64,000 nt of DNA from Clostridia bacterium (GCA_050950825.1 JBMNIH010000002.1:32001-96000), one strand, 5' to 3'. Counted from the stretch's first letter, positions 29,119 through 39,453 are shown. The notes: a model not told the origin generated them from the letters alone. Numbers and translations are program-made.

Positions 29119-29724
29119 CTAAGAATTCTTTAGATAACCTTGTTCAACCGATTCTTCGACGATTTTTTCAATATATTCCCATAAAATTTTGGAGCCTTCT
29201 TGTACATGCCTGTTTTTTATCAACACTTGTTCTTTGGTTACATTAAACCGCTTCCACTGTGTTCCGTCGGTTCTATAGTTATGGTAAATAGGCATAAAGC
29301 GATCTAGAGCATTTGCAAATTTGGATTCATTTGTTTTTCTTTCGTCATATTCGATCCATAGGTCATAAAAAAGCTTTCGTTGATCTTCCGGAAGCAAGCC
29401 AAAAATTCTTTCGGCCGCCTTTCGCTCTTCTTTTGCCCGCAATTCGGGATCAACGATGCTATATGCAAACACATCTCCTGCATCGATTTCCACGATATCA
29501 TGGAGTAAAATCATTTTGAAGACTCTTACCATATCCATATCTTCAAAATTGGCGTATTCCCATAAAACAAATGCAGCGACAGCCATATGCCAAGAATGTT
29601 CCGCATCGTTTTCTTGTCGAGATTTATCCAGTAACAAAGTGTTTCTTACGACTTGCTTTGCTTTGTCAATTTCAGCCAGAAAATGTAATTGTCGCTCCAG
29701 TTTATTTAGCAAATTTGAATCCAT
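29119..29724 (-). CDS. HD-domain phosphohydrolase
   Basis: ENDAEHSWH, LLHDIVEIDAGD, ALDR. Confidence 0.9.
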   Translation of the reverse strand: MDSNLLNKLERQLHFLAEIDKAKQVVRNTLLLDKSRQENDAEHSWHMAVAAFVLWEYANFEDMDMVRVFKMILLHDIVEIDAGDVFAYSIVDPELRAKEERKAAERIFGLLPEDQRKLFYDLWIEYDERKTNESKFANALDRFMPIYHNYRTDGTQWKRFNVTKEQVLIKNRHVQEGSKILWEYIEKIVEESVEQGYLKNS

Positions 29725-29742
29725 TCCCGAATCTTTAGTCCT

Positions 29743-30222
29743 TTATTTTGATATGTCGTCACTAATACTACAATAAACCTTATCATTCTTCAACAGAATA
29801 ATTCCATACGATGCGGAATTGCCTGAAGCTCTTATGGACCCGGGATTCATGACCCAAACATGGTCTTCCGGGTGTTCCAATAAGGGAGAATGTGTATGTC
29901 CAAAAAGTATGATATCGGCTTTTTCGCTTAATCCTTTAAAAAAAAGACGGGCAAGACCAAAATTTACATCATATCGGTCCCCGTGTGTGATGAATATTCT
30001 TTTTCCATTCCATTCGATAATTTTATCGGAAGGATACCCGGTTACTGCATCCGTATTTCCGGGTACCATTTCTATGCGAAGATCCGGAAATATTTTTTGC
30101 AATCTCTTTCCATCGGTGATATGGTCACCTAAATGGATAACCGTTTGCGGTTTCTCCTTTTTTATAACCGCTTCCATGGTTTTAACATCTTTATGCGAGT
30201 CGGCAAATACAACGATTTTCAA
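29743..30222 (-). CDS. YfcE/MJ0936-family metallophosphoesterase
   Basis: ADSH, HLGD, GNTD, THG, FGHTH, NPGS. Confidence 0.9.
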   Translation of the reverse strand: MKIVVFADSHKDVKTMEAVIKKEKPQTVIHLGDHITDGKRLQKIFPDLRIEMVPGNTDAVTGYPSDKIIEWNGKRIFITHGDRYDVNFGLARLFFKGLSEKADIILFGHTHSPLLEHPEDHVWVMNPGSIRASGNSASYGIILLKNDKVYCSISDDISK

Positions 30223-30249
30223 GCCTCATTCCCCTTCCCTTTACAATTA

Positions 30250-30267
30250 ATTGAGAACCGTCCCTTC
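30250..30267 (+). repeat. RAYT-associated repeat copy
   Basis: ATTGAGAACCGTCCCTTC, identical to 11869-11886; inside a 52-bp intra-operon gap. Confidence 0.85.
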
Positions 30268-30274
30268 ACTTTTA

Positions 30275-30646
30275 TCATAACTTATGACCGCAAATGGGAC
30301 AGAATATAAAGCGATCATCATCGGTTACATATCCGCAACTTAAGCATTTTCTCTGTTGATTAGAAGAGGTATAGGCTTCGCGAAGATCCTCTCTATTAAT
30401 TGAATTTTTCTGTCCTCTTTCCAAAGCTTGTCCAAGCTCCTTATCAATTAAGAAAACGGTATTGCAGCAGGATGTTTTTACATAATACCGTTTATTCCAT
30501 CGGAAAAGAGGAATAAAGAACAGACTGAAATAGGTATATGTTACGAAAACTTCATAACTACCGTATCTGCCGCATCGCGGACATATATCCGGTTGACGAA
30601 ACTCAAGCTGTTTTTCTCCTTGATTAATGCCCATGATTAAAAACAT
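30275..30646 (-). CDS. Zinc-ribbon domain protein
   Basis: CPRCG, FSLFFIPLF, CC, CLSCG, FCPICG. Confidence 0.85.
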   Translation of the reverse strand: MFLIMGINQGEKQLEFRQPDICPRCGRYGSYEVFVTYTYFSLFFIPLFRWNKRYYVKTSCCNTVFLIDKELGQALERGQKNSINREDLREAYTSSNQQRKCLSCGYVTDDDRFIFCPICGHKL

Positions 30647-30671
30647 TTTTTCTCTACCCTATTACAAAGGT

Positions 30672-31118
30672 TTAAATTTTTGCCGTCTCAATTCTTGCTT
30701 TTTCGGCCTTTTTTATGCTCTCTATAAGCCATTCCGGAGAATCCGTACAAGAAAGAATCTCAGGATATGTCATCCAATAGGCCTCGCTAACTTCATTATT
30801 ATCCGGTTTTAATTCTCCCGCAAGATATTCACACATGAAAACCATATCCACAACCGGTAGTTCGGGATTTACGTAGAATAGCTTGCTTTCCAAATAATAC
30901 ATGGTACTCGAAACCGTAATACCGACTTCCTCGGCGATTTCTTTTTTTAAAGTCTCTTCAAGGATATTAGGCGTAAAGGAATCGGCCTCTACCTTCCCTC
31001 CGACCAATGACAATAAACCGGGGGCATGGTCCTCCTTATCGCTCCTCCTAATAATCAACCACCTATTACCCTTATAGATCGCAGCCTCCACATTAACAAT
31101 GTAAAGCTTGTTCTCCAT
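30672..31118 (-). CDS. NUDIX hydrolase
   Basis: GGKVE...LKKEIAEEVG Nudix box. Confidence 0.9.
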   Translation of the reverse strand: MENKLYIVNVEAAIYKGNRWLIIRRSDKEDHAPGLLSLVGGKVEADSFTPNILEETLKKEIAEEVGITVSSTMYYLESKLFYVNPELPVVDMVFMCEYLAGELKPDNNEVSEAYWMTYPEILSCTDSPEWLIESIKKAEKARIETAKI

Positions 31119-31130
31119 GATCTTCTCCTT

Positions 31131-31685
31131 TCATCCCGTGGAATTCTCCTTGACTTTCTTTCGATAATCCTCTCGGGTTAAAGAATAACAGACATCGTCA
31201 TAGATATTTCCGTTGAATATAACCGATGCGCGCTTTAGTGTCCCCTCGTATTGGAAACCGCATTTTTCAATCACTCTTTTGGAACGAATATTGCTCGGGT
31301 AATGGTAGACCGAAATCAAATCCAATCCCATGTCTTCAAAAGCATAACGTATAACCTCTCTGGCTGCTTCGGTCATTAACCCTTTGCCCCAATAATCCTC
31401 TGACAAAACATAACCTAACATTCTGACATTATCATTATTCCGCTTTCTATCTATATGCAAGCCAATGGATCCTATCACTTTACCCGTGTTTTTATCGGTT
31501 ATTGCCCACACATCGTTATTCTCTATAAACATTTTCAGTATATCGAACGATACTTCCTTGCTTTCATGTGGACGCCAACCTGCATTCGGACCGACTCTCG
31601 GGTTTTTTGCATATTCATAAAAATCATCCAAATCACTTTCACGAAATTTCCTTAATATCAAGCGCTCGGTTATTAATGTTTTCAT
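31131..31685 (-). CDS. RimJ/RimL-type GNAT acetyltransferase
   Basis: TERLILR, LGYVL..YWGKGLMTEA, N.RSKRVIEKCGFQYEG. Confidence 0.9.
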   Translation of the reverse strand: MKTLITERLILRKFRESDLDDFYEYAKNPRVGPNAGWRPHESKEVSFDILKMFIENNDVWAITDKNTGKVIGSIGLHIDRKRNNDNVRMLGYVLSEDYWGKGLMTEAAREVIRYAFEDMGLDLISVYHYPSNIRSKRVIEKCGFQYEGTLKRASVIFNGNIYDDVCYSLTREDYRKKVKENSTG

Positions 31686-31812
31686 GGTTTTCCTCATCAA
31701 TATGCTACATCCGTTGTGATTGTATATTATATCACTAGATACATTCTATGGCAAATTTATCTTATGTTTCAAAAACACAAGCTATTCTCGTACTTTCTTT
31801 CCTAACTCCAAT

Positions 31813-31842
31813 AAAAAAAGAAGGCAGGATTAACCTACCTTC
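31813..31842 (-). terminator. Rho-independent terminator
   Basis: Minus strand GAAGGTAGG-TTAAT-CCTGCCTTC-T7. Confidence 0.85.
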
Positions 31843-31867
31843 AAGAGCTAGGGAGTATTTATGAATA

Positions 31868-33820
31868 TCAACCTTTCGGTTGAATGTGTATGAGGTCAAA
31901 TACGGTTCCCGTAATCTCGATGTCATCGACGGTATATACGGCACATTTGTCTCCTTTATACGCGTATACCGTCATGACATACGGGGACTTTGCTCTTCTT
32001 CCTTCCCAATCCAAGGTATCTTCCGCTAGCGGCAAATAATATTCCCAAGTGATTTCATTCGTTCTTTTGGTTGAATCCAATTCAAAGGTTGTATCTTCGG
32101 GAAAATACGTGTATTCGATACCATAGTCTTTTTTCATGTCGTAAACATAGTTTTTTCCTTCAGGACGATATGTCATAGCCTCCAATTCCGGACTGAATCT
32201 TATTATAACTTTATCGGCATAACCGTCTGTAAAAACTTTGATTTTTACTTTCTCCAAGCTTAAGAATCGATGATCATTTTTTGGTAATACATTCCCGTGA
32301 ATATCCGTTCCTCCATCCCATCGGTTAATGCTGCCTTCAATGGTCGCACTCACCTTCAGCTCCGGATCCACGATCTTGAAAAATACATAATGCCTCGGGA
32401 TTCTCATGGGAGGTACCAAATTGTATAAATAGTGCATATCGTATAAATTCGTCAGATATTTTGCCGGCACATTGTAATTGTATCCGTAGTTTATATCTTT
32501 AAGAATCTCACGTTTTCCATTGCCAACTAAAGAAAAGTACACTCCTGAAAAATTAGGATCGGTATCCGGTATGACATTTTGCAATATCAAAGTATCCGGC
32601 ATGCTTTCCACTTCAATAGGATTGTTGTAATTGTCGTTTACCAGCCGATTATTCTTGTCATAGAGGTAAAAATCTACGAAAAAAGGAATCTCGTTTTCAT
32701 ACTTTAGCTTTGTATACGCCGAAATCGTTATACTCACGGGATCCATCCGGGTTGAGTAAACCGTTAATCGGAAAGTTTCCGCTTCTATGTATGTCGTATG
32801 ACGATAAGAGTAGATCGGTATGCTTTTTTGGTCTAGCAGTACCCAGTTGTTTCCGGACTTTCTTTCCAGCTTCACCATGGTTATTGTATTGTTATGAATC
32901 TCATAATCCATATGCAAATCCAAGTAAGCAGGATAATTATCGACAAACACCGGATAATCGGGATTATTGGTTGCCACATAGTCATTGCAAGTGGCATGGA
33001 AATATACATTTAAAGAAGGCGTACTGTCGGGAGGGTCTTCCGGAAGATCCGGGATTTCCACGGGATCCGGTGCCAGAAACTCGAAGATGATGGAATTTAT
33101 GAAAAAGTAACCGACCGCACCTCCGTCTTGAAATGTACCGTTACCTATTTTCAAATCATTAAGGTAATACTCGGTTTCTACACCATAGTTGGATACCTTA
33201 ACGATAGGATTGCTAGGATGATACAATTCCCCGGATTTTCCTTGAATCCAATTGTAATCAAAACCATCCTTCGCCGCCAAAACACCCAACAATTGATTCG
33301 TGGTCTTGTGATAGATGGAAAACTTGATGTAGTCACTGCTATAATGAGGAGCAGGTATATTAAAATCTAAGTAATAACTTTCTAATTTTAATTTGTAGTA
33401 AGGTTTAAATGAAACAAATAGTTTTCGATTCTGTACATCAAGTTCGTAGTAAAATGTTCCTTCTACATATAAATACTCTGTCGCTTTATCATTATCATTT
33501 ATAATATTAATCCTTAAGTTTTTAATATCTCCTCCATTATCTAAGTATCGGTTAAGTTCTTCTGTAAATGGTTTTACAATAGTAATTTGTTCGCTAATAC
33601 AATTTGTAAAGTTTTCAGATGCTTCTTCATTGTTAATTAGTTCCCCTATTTCTTTATCATTAATGGTTCGCGAGATATTGCCAGTCCAATAACCTCCCGA
33701 GTGATGCCAAACTTCTGTATACCATGTTGCGGTAATTCTTCCTAAATTGGTTTCTGCTTTAACCACAGGTGTGAAAAGAAAAACCAATAATGTTATTGTA
33801 AAGAATATTATCTTTTTCAT
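31868..33820 (-). CDS. Secreted hypothetical protein
   Basis: Signal peptide ending VKA; Pro-rich linker PDPVEIPDLPEDPPD; beta-rich, Tyr-rich domains. Confidence 0.7.
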   Translation of the reverse strand: MKKIIFFTITLLVFLFTPVVKAETNLGRITATWYTEVWHHSGGYWTGNISRTINDKEIGELINNEEASENFTNCISEQITIVKPFTEELNRYLDNGGDIKNLRINIINDNDKATEYLYVEGTFYYELDVQNRKLFVSFKPYYKLKLESYYLDFNIPAPHYSSDYIKFSIYHKTTNQLLGVLAAKDGFDYNWIQGKSGELYHPSNPIVKVSNYGVETEYYLNDLKIGNGTFQDGGAVGYFFINSIIFEFLAPDPVEIPDLPEDPPDSTPSLNVYFHATCNDYVATNNPDYPVFVDNYPAYLDLHMDYEIHNNTITMVKLERKSGNNWVLLDQKSIPIYSYRHTTYIEAETFRLTVYSTRMDPVSITISAYTKLKYENEIPFFVDFYLYDKNNRLVNDNYNNPIEVESMPDTLILQNVIPDTDPNFSGVYFSLVGNGKREILKDINYGYNYNVPAKYLTNLYDMHYLYNLVPPMRIPRHYVFFKIVDPELKVSATIEGSINRWDGGTDIHGNVLPKNDHRFLSLEKVKIKVFTDGYADKVIIRFSPELEAMTYRPEGKNYVYDMKKDYGIEYTYFPEDTTFELDSTKRTNEITWEYYLPLAEDTLDWEGRRAKSPYVMTVYAYKGDKCAVYTVDDIEITGTVFDLIHIQPKG

Positions 33821-33857
33821 AGTGTTTTCTCTTTCGTAAGAAAAATTTACTTATAAC

Positions 33858-35066
33858 TTACCAATCGGTAAACTCAAACTTCCATGTGATCTCTATTTCT
33901 TTTTCTACTCTTCCAAAATCATCATACATATAACAAGCTGCTTTTGGGAACTTATACCTGAATGTATAATTATACCAACTATTATTTCCATAATATTCCG
34001 AAAACGATATTAAGTATAGTATAGATATGTTATCAATTTTATTAAAATCATATTCCGCTCTATACTCATACCATTTACCTGTTTCAAGAGGTGGAACACC
34101 GCCTGCAGTTCCATACAAAATTTCTGTAAACCATAATTTATCAATATTCTCACCTGTAGTGCCTTCTTTATATTGGACACTAACTATATTAGATGCAGTA
34201 AAACCTTCCGGCAATTTCGGCATATAGAATCTAACTCTTCCATCCTCGCTGAATTGAAAGGATTTGAAATGAGTCAAAGCGAAATGTTCCTGCATTTCTT
34301 TACTCATATAATAATCGACACTGTATTCCGTTTCTTCCTTGATCAAATCCTTTTCGTAATCAAATATCACACCTTCGACTTCCACTTTCCCTTTAGGTGG
34401 AGTAAAGCCTACGTCAGGGTAGATTCTCCTTGAAGGATCAACAACTCTTGCCAATACGGCAGCAGCTTCCGCCCTAGTTAATTGATTTTTGTTTCCAAAT
34501 GATCCGTCCGGATATCCGGTTATTAGCCCTATTGCGTAAATATGAAGTAGAAAGTACGATGAACCGTCGATCTGAGAATATGGGGAAAAAGATATTCCCC
34601 TCTCGTATTCGGATAGCTTGTACATCAAGTTTACCCTTCCGCCATTCATTTGAACACCCGGGATTTCATCGATTGCGGCATATAATATGACACCCATTTG
34701 TTCTCTGTTGATGGGAACCGTGTAATCTTTAAACTCCCTGTCATCATTCACATATGCCATCCAATTCATTTCTTTTGCCGTATCGATAAATCCCTGTGCC
34801 CAATAATCGCTTGTTGTCTCAGCAGGCTTGTAGTTTAGTGCCAAAACAAGACATTTTAAAAATTCATCGATTCTGAACGGTTCATTAGGTTTGAAAGTAC
34901 CGTCAGGAAAACCGTTAATAATTCCTAGGTCCATCAACAGCCGAACATCTTCGGCAAACCATTCATTCCCAACTACATCTTTCATTAGTCTATCAGCTCT
35001 AGATGCTCTTGGTAAAATCATCAAAGACAGCGTAACCGCTAAAAGAACACATAATATCTTTTTCAT
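33858..35066 (-). CDS. S-layer homology (SLH) domain protein
   Basis: Signal peptide; GIINGFPDGTFKPN, PINREQM, GLITGYPDGSFG...LTRAEAA. Confidence 0.85.
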   Translation of the reverse strand: MKKILCVLLAVTLSLMILPRASRADRLMKDVVGNEWFAEDVRLLMDLGIINGFPDGTFKPNEPFRIDEFLKCLVLALNYKPAETTSDYWAQGFIDTAKEMNWMAYVNDDREFKDYTVPINREQMGVILYAAIDEIPGVQMNGGRVNLMYKLSEYERGISFSPYSQIDGSSYFLLHIYAIGLITGYPDGSFGNKNQLTRAEAAAVLARVVDPSRRIYPDVGFTPPKGKVEVEGVIFDYEKDLIKEETEYSVDYYMSKEMQEHFALTHFKSFQFSEDGRVRFYMPKLPEGFTASNIVSVQYKEGTTGENIDKLWFTEILYGTAGGVPPLETGKWYEYRAEYDFNKIDNISILYLISFSEYYGNNSWYNYTFRYKFPKAACYMYDDFGRVEKEIEITWKFEFTDW

Positions 35067-35243
35067 TCGTTATCTTCTCCTTAATTTTTCTTTTGCTCAG
35101 CGCATATTATACCATATAATTTTCCTTTTTTCCCACATGTAGAGTTGTGTCACATTTTGTCGAATTATGGTTCAACAAATGAATTAAATGGTTTCCGTTC
35201 TTTATTTTCGCAATAAAAATATAAGAGAATAATATGGAATAAC

Positions 35244-35753
35244 TCAGAAAAGTTCTTTAGATTTTAATGTTTTAATAATAATGTCTAAGATTTGCTCGAC
35301 ATTTTTTCCATCGCTATTTACGGTGATATCGGCATATTGTTCATATAAAGGGATTCTTTCCAAATAAAGATCTTTAAGAGATTGCCCTTTTTTAAGCACA
35401 ATACCTCTGGTGGTAATATTCCTGATTCTACGTATCATCTCTTCATAAGAAATTTTTAAATAAATAATAATCCCTTCTTGTTTTAATGCTCTCATCGCCT
35501 TATTGCTGTAGACTACACTACCTCCGGTAGCAATAACGGCATTTTTAAAGCAGGCTTCACAAATACATGCTTCCTCGATCTCCAAAAACCTCTGAATTCC
35601 TGCTTGTTTGATAATGTCTTGTAAAAGCCTTCCCTCTTTTTGTTGAATTAATATATCGGTATCTATAAAATCTAAACCCAACGTTTTAGCCGCAAGTACT
35701 CCTATCGTACTTTTTCCTGCACCCGGCATACCGATTAACACAATATTATTCAT
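35244..35753 (-). CDS. aroK: Shikimate kinase
   Basis: GMPGAGKST P-loop, FIDTD, VIATGGS, ER.PLY. Confidence 0.9.
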   Translation of the reverse strand: MNNIVLIGMPGAGKSTIGVLAAKTLGLDFIDTDILIQQKEGRLLQDIIKQAGIQRFLEIEEACICEACFKNAVIATGGSVVYSNKAMRALKQEGIIIYLKISYEEMIRRIRNITTRGIVLKKGQSLKDLYLERIPLYEQYADITVNSDGKNVEQILDIIIKTLKSKELF

Positions 35754-35847
35754 AGCTCACCTCTTTTTGTTCAGTCTATACTACCATAGAAAACAGTACC
35801 TATCAACATTATGGAATTTATATACATCCTATGGTACAATGAAAAAA

Positions 35848-35864
35848 ATTGAGAAGCGTCCCCT
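35848..35864 (+). repeat. RAYT-associated repeat copy (variant)
   Basis: ATTGAGAAGCGTCCCCT; minus strand begins GTAG-GGGACG. Confidence 0.7.
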
Positions 35865-35885
35865 ACATTCAAAGGATGGTGTCGT

Positions 35886-37811
35886 ATGAGAAAACAGCTT
35901 GATCGATTCCTTGGGCCTCTAATTGAACAAATAAACTTTAGGATTATTCCTGTTAGCGGCGAACCGTTAGAACTTGATTCCTTTGACCTTTCTATCTACA
36001 ATACCGAAGACAAAATAATTATGGACGGGTCCAATGCATATTCAAAAATGCAATGGCGCTTTGAACAAGCGGCAGGAGGATGGAAAGTTACACTTTCTAT
36101 CAATTTTGCGAATCCCATAGCAATAAAATCCATAACTCCTTTGCAATTTTATTTTAACATCACTGAAGATATCTCTGTCGAAGATTTTAATCTTTGGCTT
36201 ATTCCCGTGTCGGGAGATAACGTAACAAGTACCGGTTTTATGAAAGTTCAAGATTTATACTTCAGCGATGCCAATCCTTTTTTGGATAAGCCGAAAAAAG
36301 ATTTTTATTCAACCGGAACCGGCATCTTCAAAAATGCATGCCATAAAGGTATATATCTTTCCGCATTGTATCCGTTAAAATTTAACGTTAACTGTTCTGT
36401 CGTAAGAACGACCCGAAGACAGCTTTGCTTTACCGCCGTAACGGATTTTAACGGGAATGAAGTAAAAAATGCTTGGCAAAGCGAAGCCTTTTGGATCTCT
36501 ACAAATAGGACCATGTATGAAGCCGTAGAATCACTTGCGTCCCTTTATGAAGAAAAACCGATAAAACCCACCGATATTCCTGTCGGTTGGAATTCATGGG
36601 ACTATTATTTCCGTACCGTTTCACTCGACGATGTAATTGAGAACATGGAAGCAATAAGAAAAGATCCGGATTTATCCGAAAGTATCAAATATATTGTAGT
36701 GGATGACGGCTGGTCCCATAATTGGGGCGAATGGCAACCGAACTATCGATTCCCGGGCGGATTAGAACGGTTGGCAGAGGAAATAAAAAGCAGAGGATTT
36801 ATACCCGGTATATGGACCGCACCTTTGCAAATAGAAGCTCTATCTTATCCCGCCATGCGCACGCCCGAGATATTGATCAAAAACCAAAACGGCGATCCTT
36901 TGCCTTCCGATGCCGGCGGGCATTACTTGGTTGATCCGACACACCCTGCCGGAAAAAAGTTTTTACAAGAGTTATATACTCGTTTATACCATATCGGTTT
37001 CAGGCTTTTTAAGATAGATTATCTTCGAAGTCTTCTTAAAGTACAAAAATTCTACGAAAAAGGTGTGGGTCCCTACGACGCTTTACGAGAGTTGTTCCGA
37101 ATCATCAGGGATTGTATAAAAGACAGCCATATCATCGGCTGCTCATTACCGAAAGAATGCGGACCTTTTGTGGCAGATTCCGGACGTATCAGCGTAGATA
37201 TTCATAATCATTGGAGCCATGTGGAATGGGTTGTCGATTCGATTCTCCACAACTATTGGTTACATAACAGAATATGGATAAATGATCCTGACTTTTTAAT
37301 AGTCCGAGGTATGGATACTTCAACGGAAAAAGAAACCAATGTAATGAATCCGAATGCAAACAATCCGAATCCCGTAGGGCTCGCAAAACGCTGGCGGTAC
37401 GGTCCCGTGTTTAATGAAATTGAAGCGAAGACATGGACGAATATTGTAATGATGACCGGAGGCAGTGTATTCTTAGGAGACCGAATAGCCATGTTAAACG
37501 AAAAAGGCTTAAGCCTTGTAAAAAAAGCATTGAAACCTACCGGCATCGCGGCCAAGCCGTTGGATTTGGGAAACGATTTGAGGCCTTTTTATTGGCTTCA
37601 AGATTTGAACGACGAATATCGTTTGCTAATTATCAATTGGAACCATACACCAAACAAAATGTCCTTTGATTTTCTCCATTACGGCTTATCTGTGCCCGTT
37701 GAAATCAAAGATGTATGGAGCAAAACAATATATTGTACATCGGATAATCAATTATCCCTTGATCTGGGTCCTCATGAAAGCGCTTTACTTGCTTGGAGCA
37801 AGACATTATAA
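35886..37811 (+). CDS. Alpha-galactosidase-like glycoside hydrolase (GH36/clan D)
   Basis: PVGWNSW, VDDGW, RFPGG, PGIWTAP, FKIDY, WINDPD. Confidence 0.85.
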   Translation: MRKQLDRFLGPLIEQINFRIIPVSGEPLELDSFDLSIYNTEDKIIMDGSNAYSKMQWRFEQAAGGWKVTLSINFANPIAIKSITPLQFYFNITEDISVEDFNLWLIPVSGDNVTSTGFMKVQDLYFSDANPFLDKPKKDFYSTGTGIFKNACHKGIYLSALYPLKFNVNCSVVRTTRRQLCFTAVTDFNGNEVKNAWQSEAFWISTNRTMYEAVESLASLYEEKPIKPTDIPVGWNSWDYYFRTVSLDDVIENMEAIRKDPDLSESIKYIVVDDGWSHNWGEWQPNYRFPGGLERLAEEIKSRGFIPGIWTAPLQIEALSYPAMRTPEILIKNQNGDPLPSDAGGHYLVDPTHPAGKKFLQELYTRLYHIGFRLFKIDYLRSLLKVQKFYEKGVGPYDALRELFRIIRDCIKDSHIIGCSLPKECGPFVADSGRISVDIHNHWSHVEWVVDSILHNYWLHNRIWINDPDFLIVRGMDTSTEKETNVMNPNANNPNPVGLAKRWRYGPVFNEIEAKTWTNIVMMTGGSVFLGDRIAMLNEKGLSLVKKALKPTGIAAKPLDLGNDLRPFYWLQDLNDEYRLLIINWNHTPNKMSFDFLHYGLSVPVEIKDVWSKTIYCTSDNQLSLDLGPHESALLAWSKTL

Positions 37812-37874
37812 AATGCTTATATCTGAAAACATTTGCTGATTTATTCGAAGAACAAAGGCAGAAGCAGGGTCCGC

Positions 37875-39068
37875 CTACTCTGCCTTGCTCTTCAAGTATT
37901 CAATAAATTGACGAGCGACTCGAGGTGAACGGCCGTTAGCGGCAAACCGCTCGGCTTGAATTTCCAATTCCTCGTCGTCTATATCTATTTTATACTGATC
38001 TTTTAATTCGCGAACAATCCTTAAATATGTTTCTTTGTTCGGTCTGAAAAAGCCGACTTTGATTCCGAATCGGGCGGCTAAGGATGTGAGCTCTTGTATC
38101 GTCTCATTTCGATGTACGTCGTCTCCTTCTCTGTCCGAGAATTTTTCTTTTATTAAATGTCTTCGATTCCCGGTTGCGTATATGACGACATTATCCGGTT
38201 TTGCATAAGCCGTTCCTTCCAAAATCGCTTTCAATGCATAAAAATCATCGTTTTCTTGGAAAAACGAAAGATCGTCTATAAAAAGGATGAATTTCAGCGG
38301 ATTATCGTATAAACCTTCTATAACTTCATTTAAGTATTCCATTTGTTTTTTCGGTATTTCGATCAGTCGCAATCCCAAGTGATAATATTCGTTTACTATG
38401 GCTTTCACCGTCGAAGATTTCCCTGTTCCCGCATCACCGTATAAAAGAACATTCGAAGCAGGTTTACCCTTTAATAATGCCAAAGTATTGTCGATTACAA
38501 TATTACGTTGGTTTTCATAACCTTTCAAATCGAAAAGCCTTATAGGGTCCGGTCTTTTTACCGGAACGACGGTGCGTTCGAGTACGGTAAACATTCTGTA
38601 CAAAGAATACATACCGAAACCGATTTTCTCTATCCGGTCTATTCTTTCTTTGTATGAGGTGAAAAAATCTGTCTTTGCTATTGTCCATTCCGGCAAATAG
38701 CCTTGGTAGCCTATTTTCTCTTTTACATCCTTTGCATTTATCTGTGAAAGCTCCTCTAAAACGGACAATTCATAGCGAAGGCATTCTTCCAAAACGGGGT
38801 CAACGGCTTCATTTCGTAAATACCTCGCAATATAACTGTTCTCACATGCCAACGTTTGCCGTAATACATAATCCGTCCAACAAGTGGTTCTGTTAAATAA
38901 CATGGATGCAAAGGATGAATAAGCCTTTACTCGATTATGGATATCATCATGAACGGAGCCTAACATAAAAACGGCTCTCTTTATAACCGGATCCTCCAAA
39001 AGATCGTGAAATATAACCAATGAATGTATCTTAAGAAACAGGTTTTCTATTTTGTCCAACGCTTGCAT
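37875..39068 (-). CDS. DUF815-family AAA+ ATPase
   Basis: NVLLYGDAGTGKSS, FILFIDDLSF, LKAILEG, YATGNRRHL, RSPRVARQF. Confidence 0.9.
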   Translation of the reverse strand: MQALDKIENLFLKIHSLVIFHDLLEDPVIKRAVFMLGSVHDDIHNRVKAYSSFASMLFNRTTCWTDYVLRQTLACENSYIARYLRNEAVDPVLEECLRYELSVLEELSQINAKDVKEKIGYQGYLPEWTIAKTDFFTSYKERIDRIEKIGFGMYSLYRMFTVLERTVVPVKRPDPIRLFDLKGYENQRNIVIDNTLALLKGKPASNVLLYGDAGTGKSSTVKAIVNEYYHLGLRLIEIPKKQMEYLNEVIEGLYDNPLKFILFIDDLSFFQENDDFYALKAILEGTAYAKPDNVVIYATGNRRHLIKEKFSDREGDDVHRNETIQELTSLAARFGIKVGFFRPNKETYLRIVRELKDQYKIDIDDEELEIQAERFAANGRSPRVARQFIEYLKSKAE

Positions 39069-39258
39069 TCCTTTCGTGTTTTTATCCGTATGCTTCTATC
39101 ATTCGTAACCCATATTTTATCATAAATTTTTTATGTAAAAACACGAAATCGTAAAGTGCCTTTTCGAGTATGTTATTATCCGATTTTTCTGTTATAAATC
39201 GTCGATAATAATGAAAAAATATAAATATAAGAAGTGAAATATATAAAGGAGTGTCGAC

Positions 39259-39432
39259 ATGAGCTATTTATTAAACAAGTATGCGGAATGGCGTGCTTCG
39301 GGAAAAAGTAATTTCGACGGAGATATTCTTGATGAGTGTAAAAGATTTTCAAGGTTCGCCGGATTAACCGAAACCATACCGGAATTCGAATTAAGAAAGC
39401 TTGCCCATGAATACGATCAAAGAATGAATTAG
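39259..39432 (+). CDS. Small hypothetical protein (57 aa, not in ORF track)
   Basis: AAAGGAG RBS, ATG 39259, TAG 39430-39432, terminator follows. Confidence 0.7.
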   Translation: MSYLLNKYAEWRASGKSNFDGDILDECKRFSRFAGLTETIPEFELRKLAHEYDQRMN

Positions 39433-39453
39433 CCTTTGATGATTTATAAAGTT

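Noticed and set aside
5885-35864. GAGAACCGTCCC repeats as a CRISPR array
   Set aside because: Units are short, irregularly spaced by whole genes and in both orientations; no cas genes in the window
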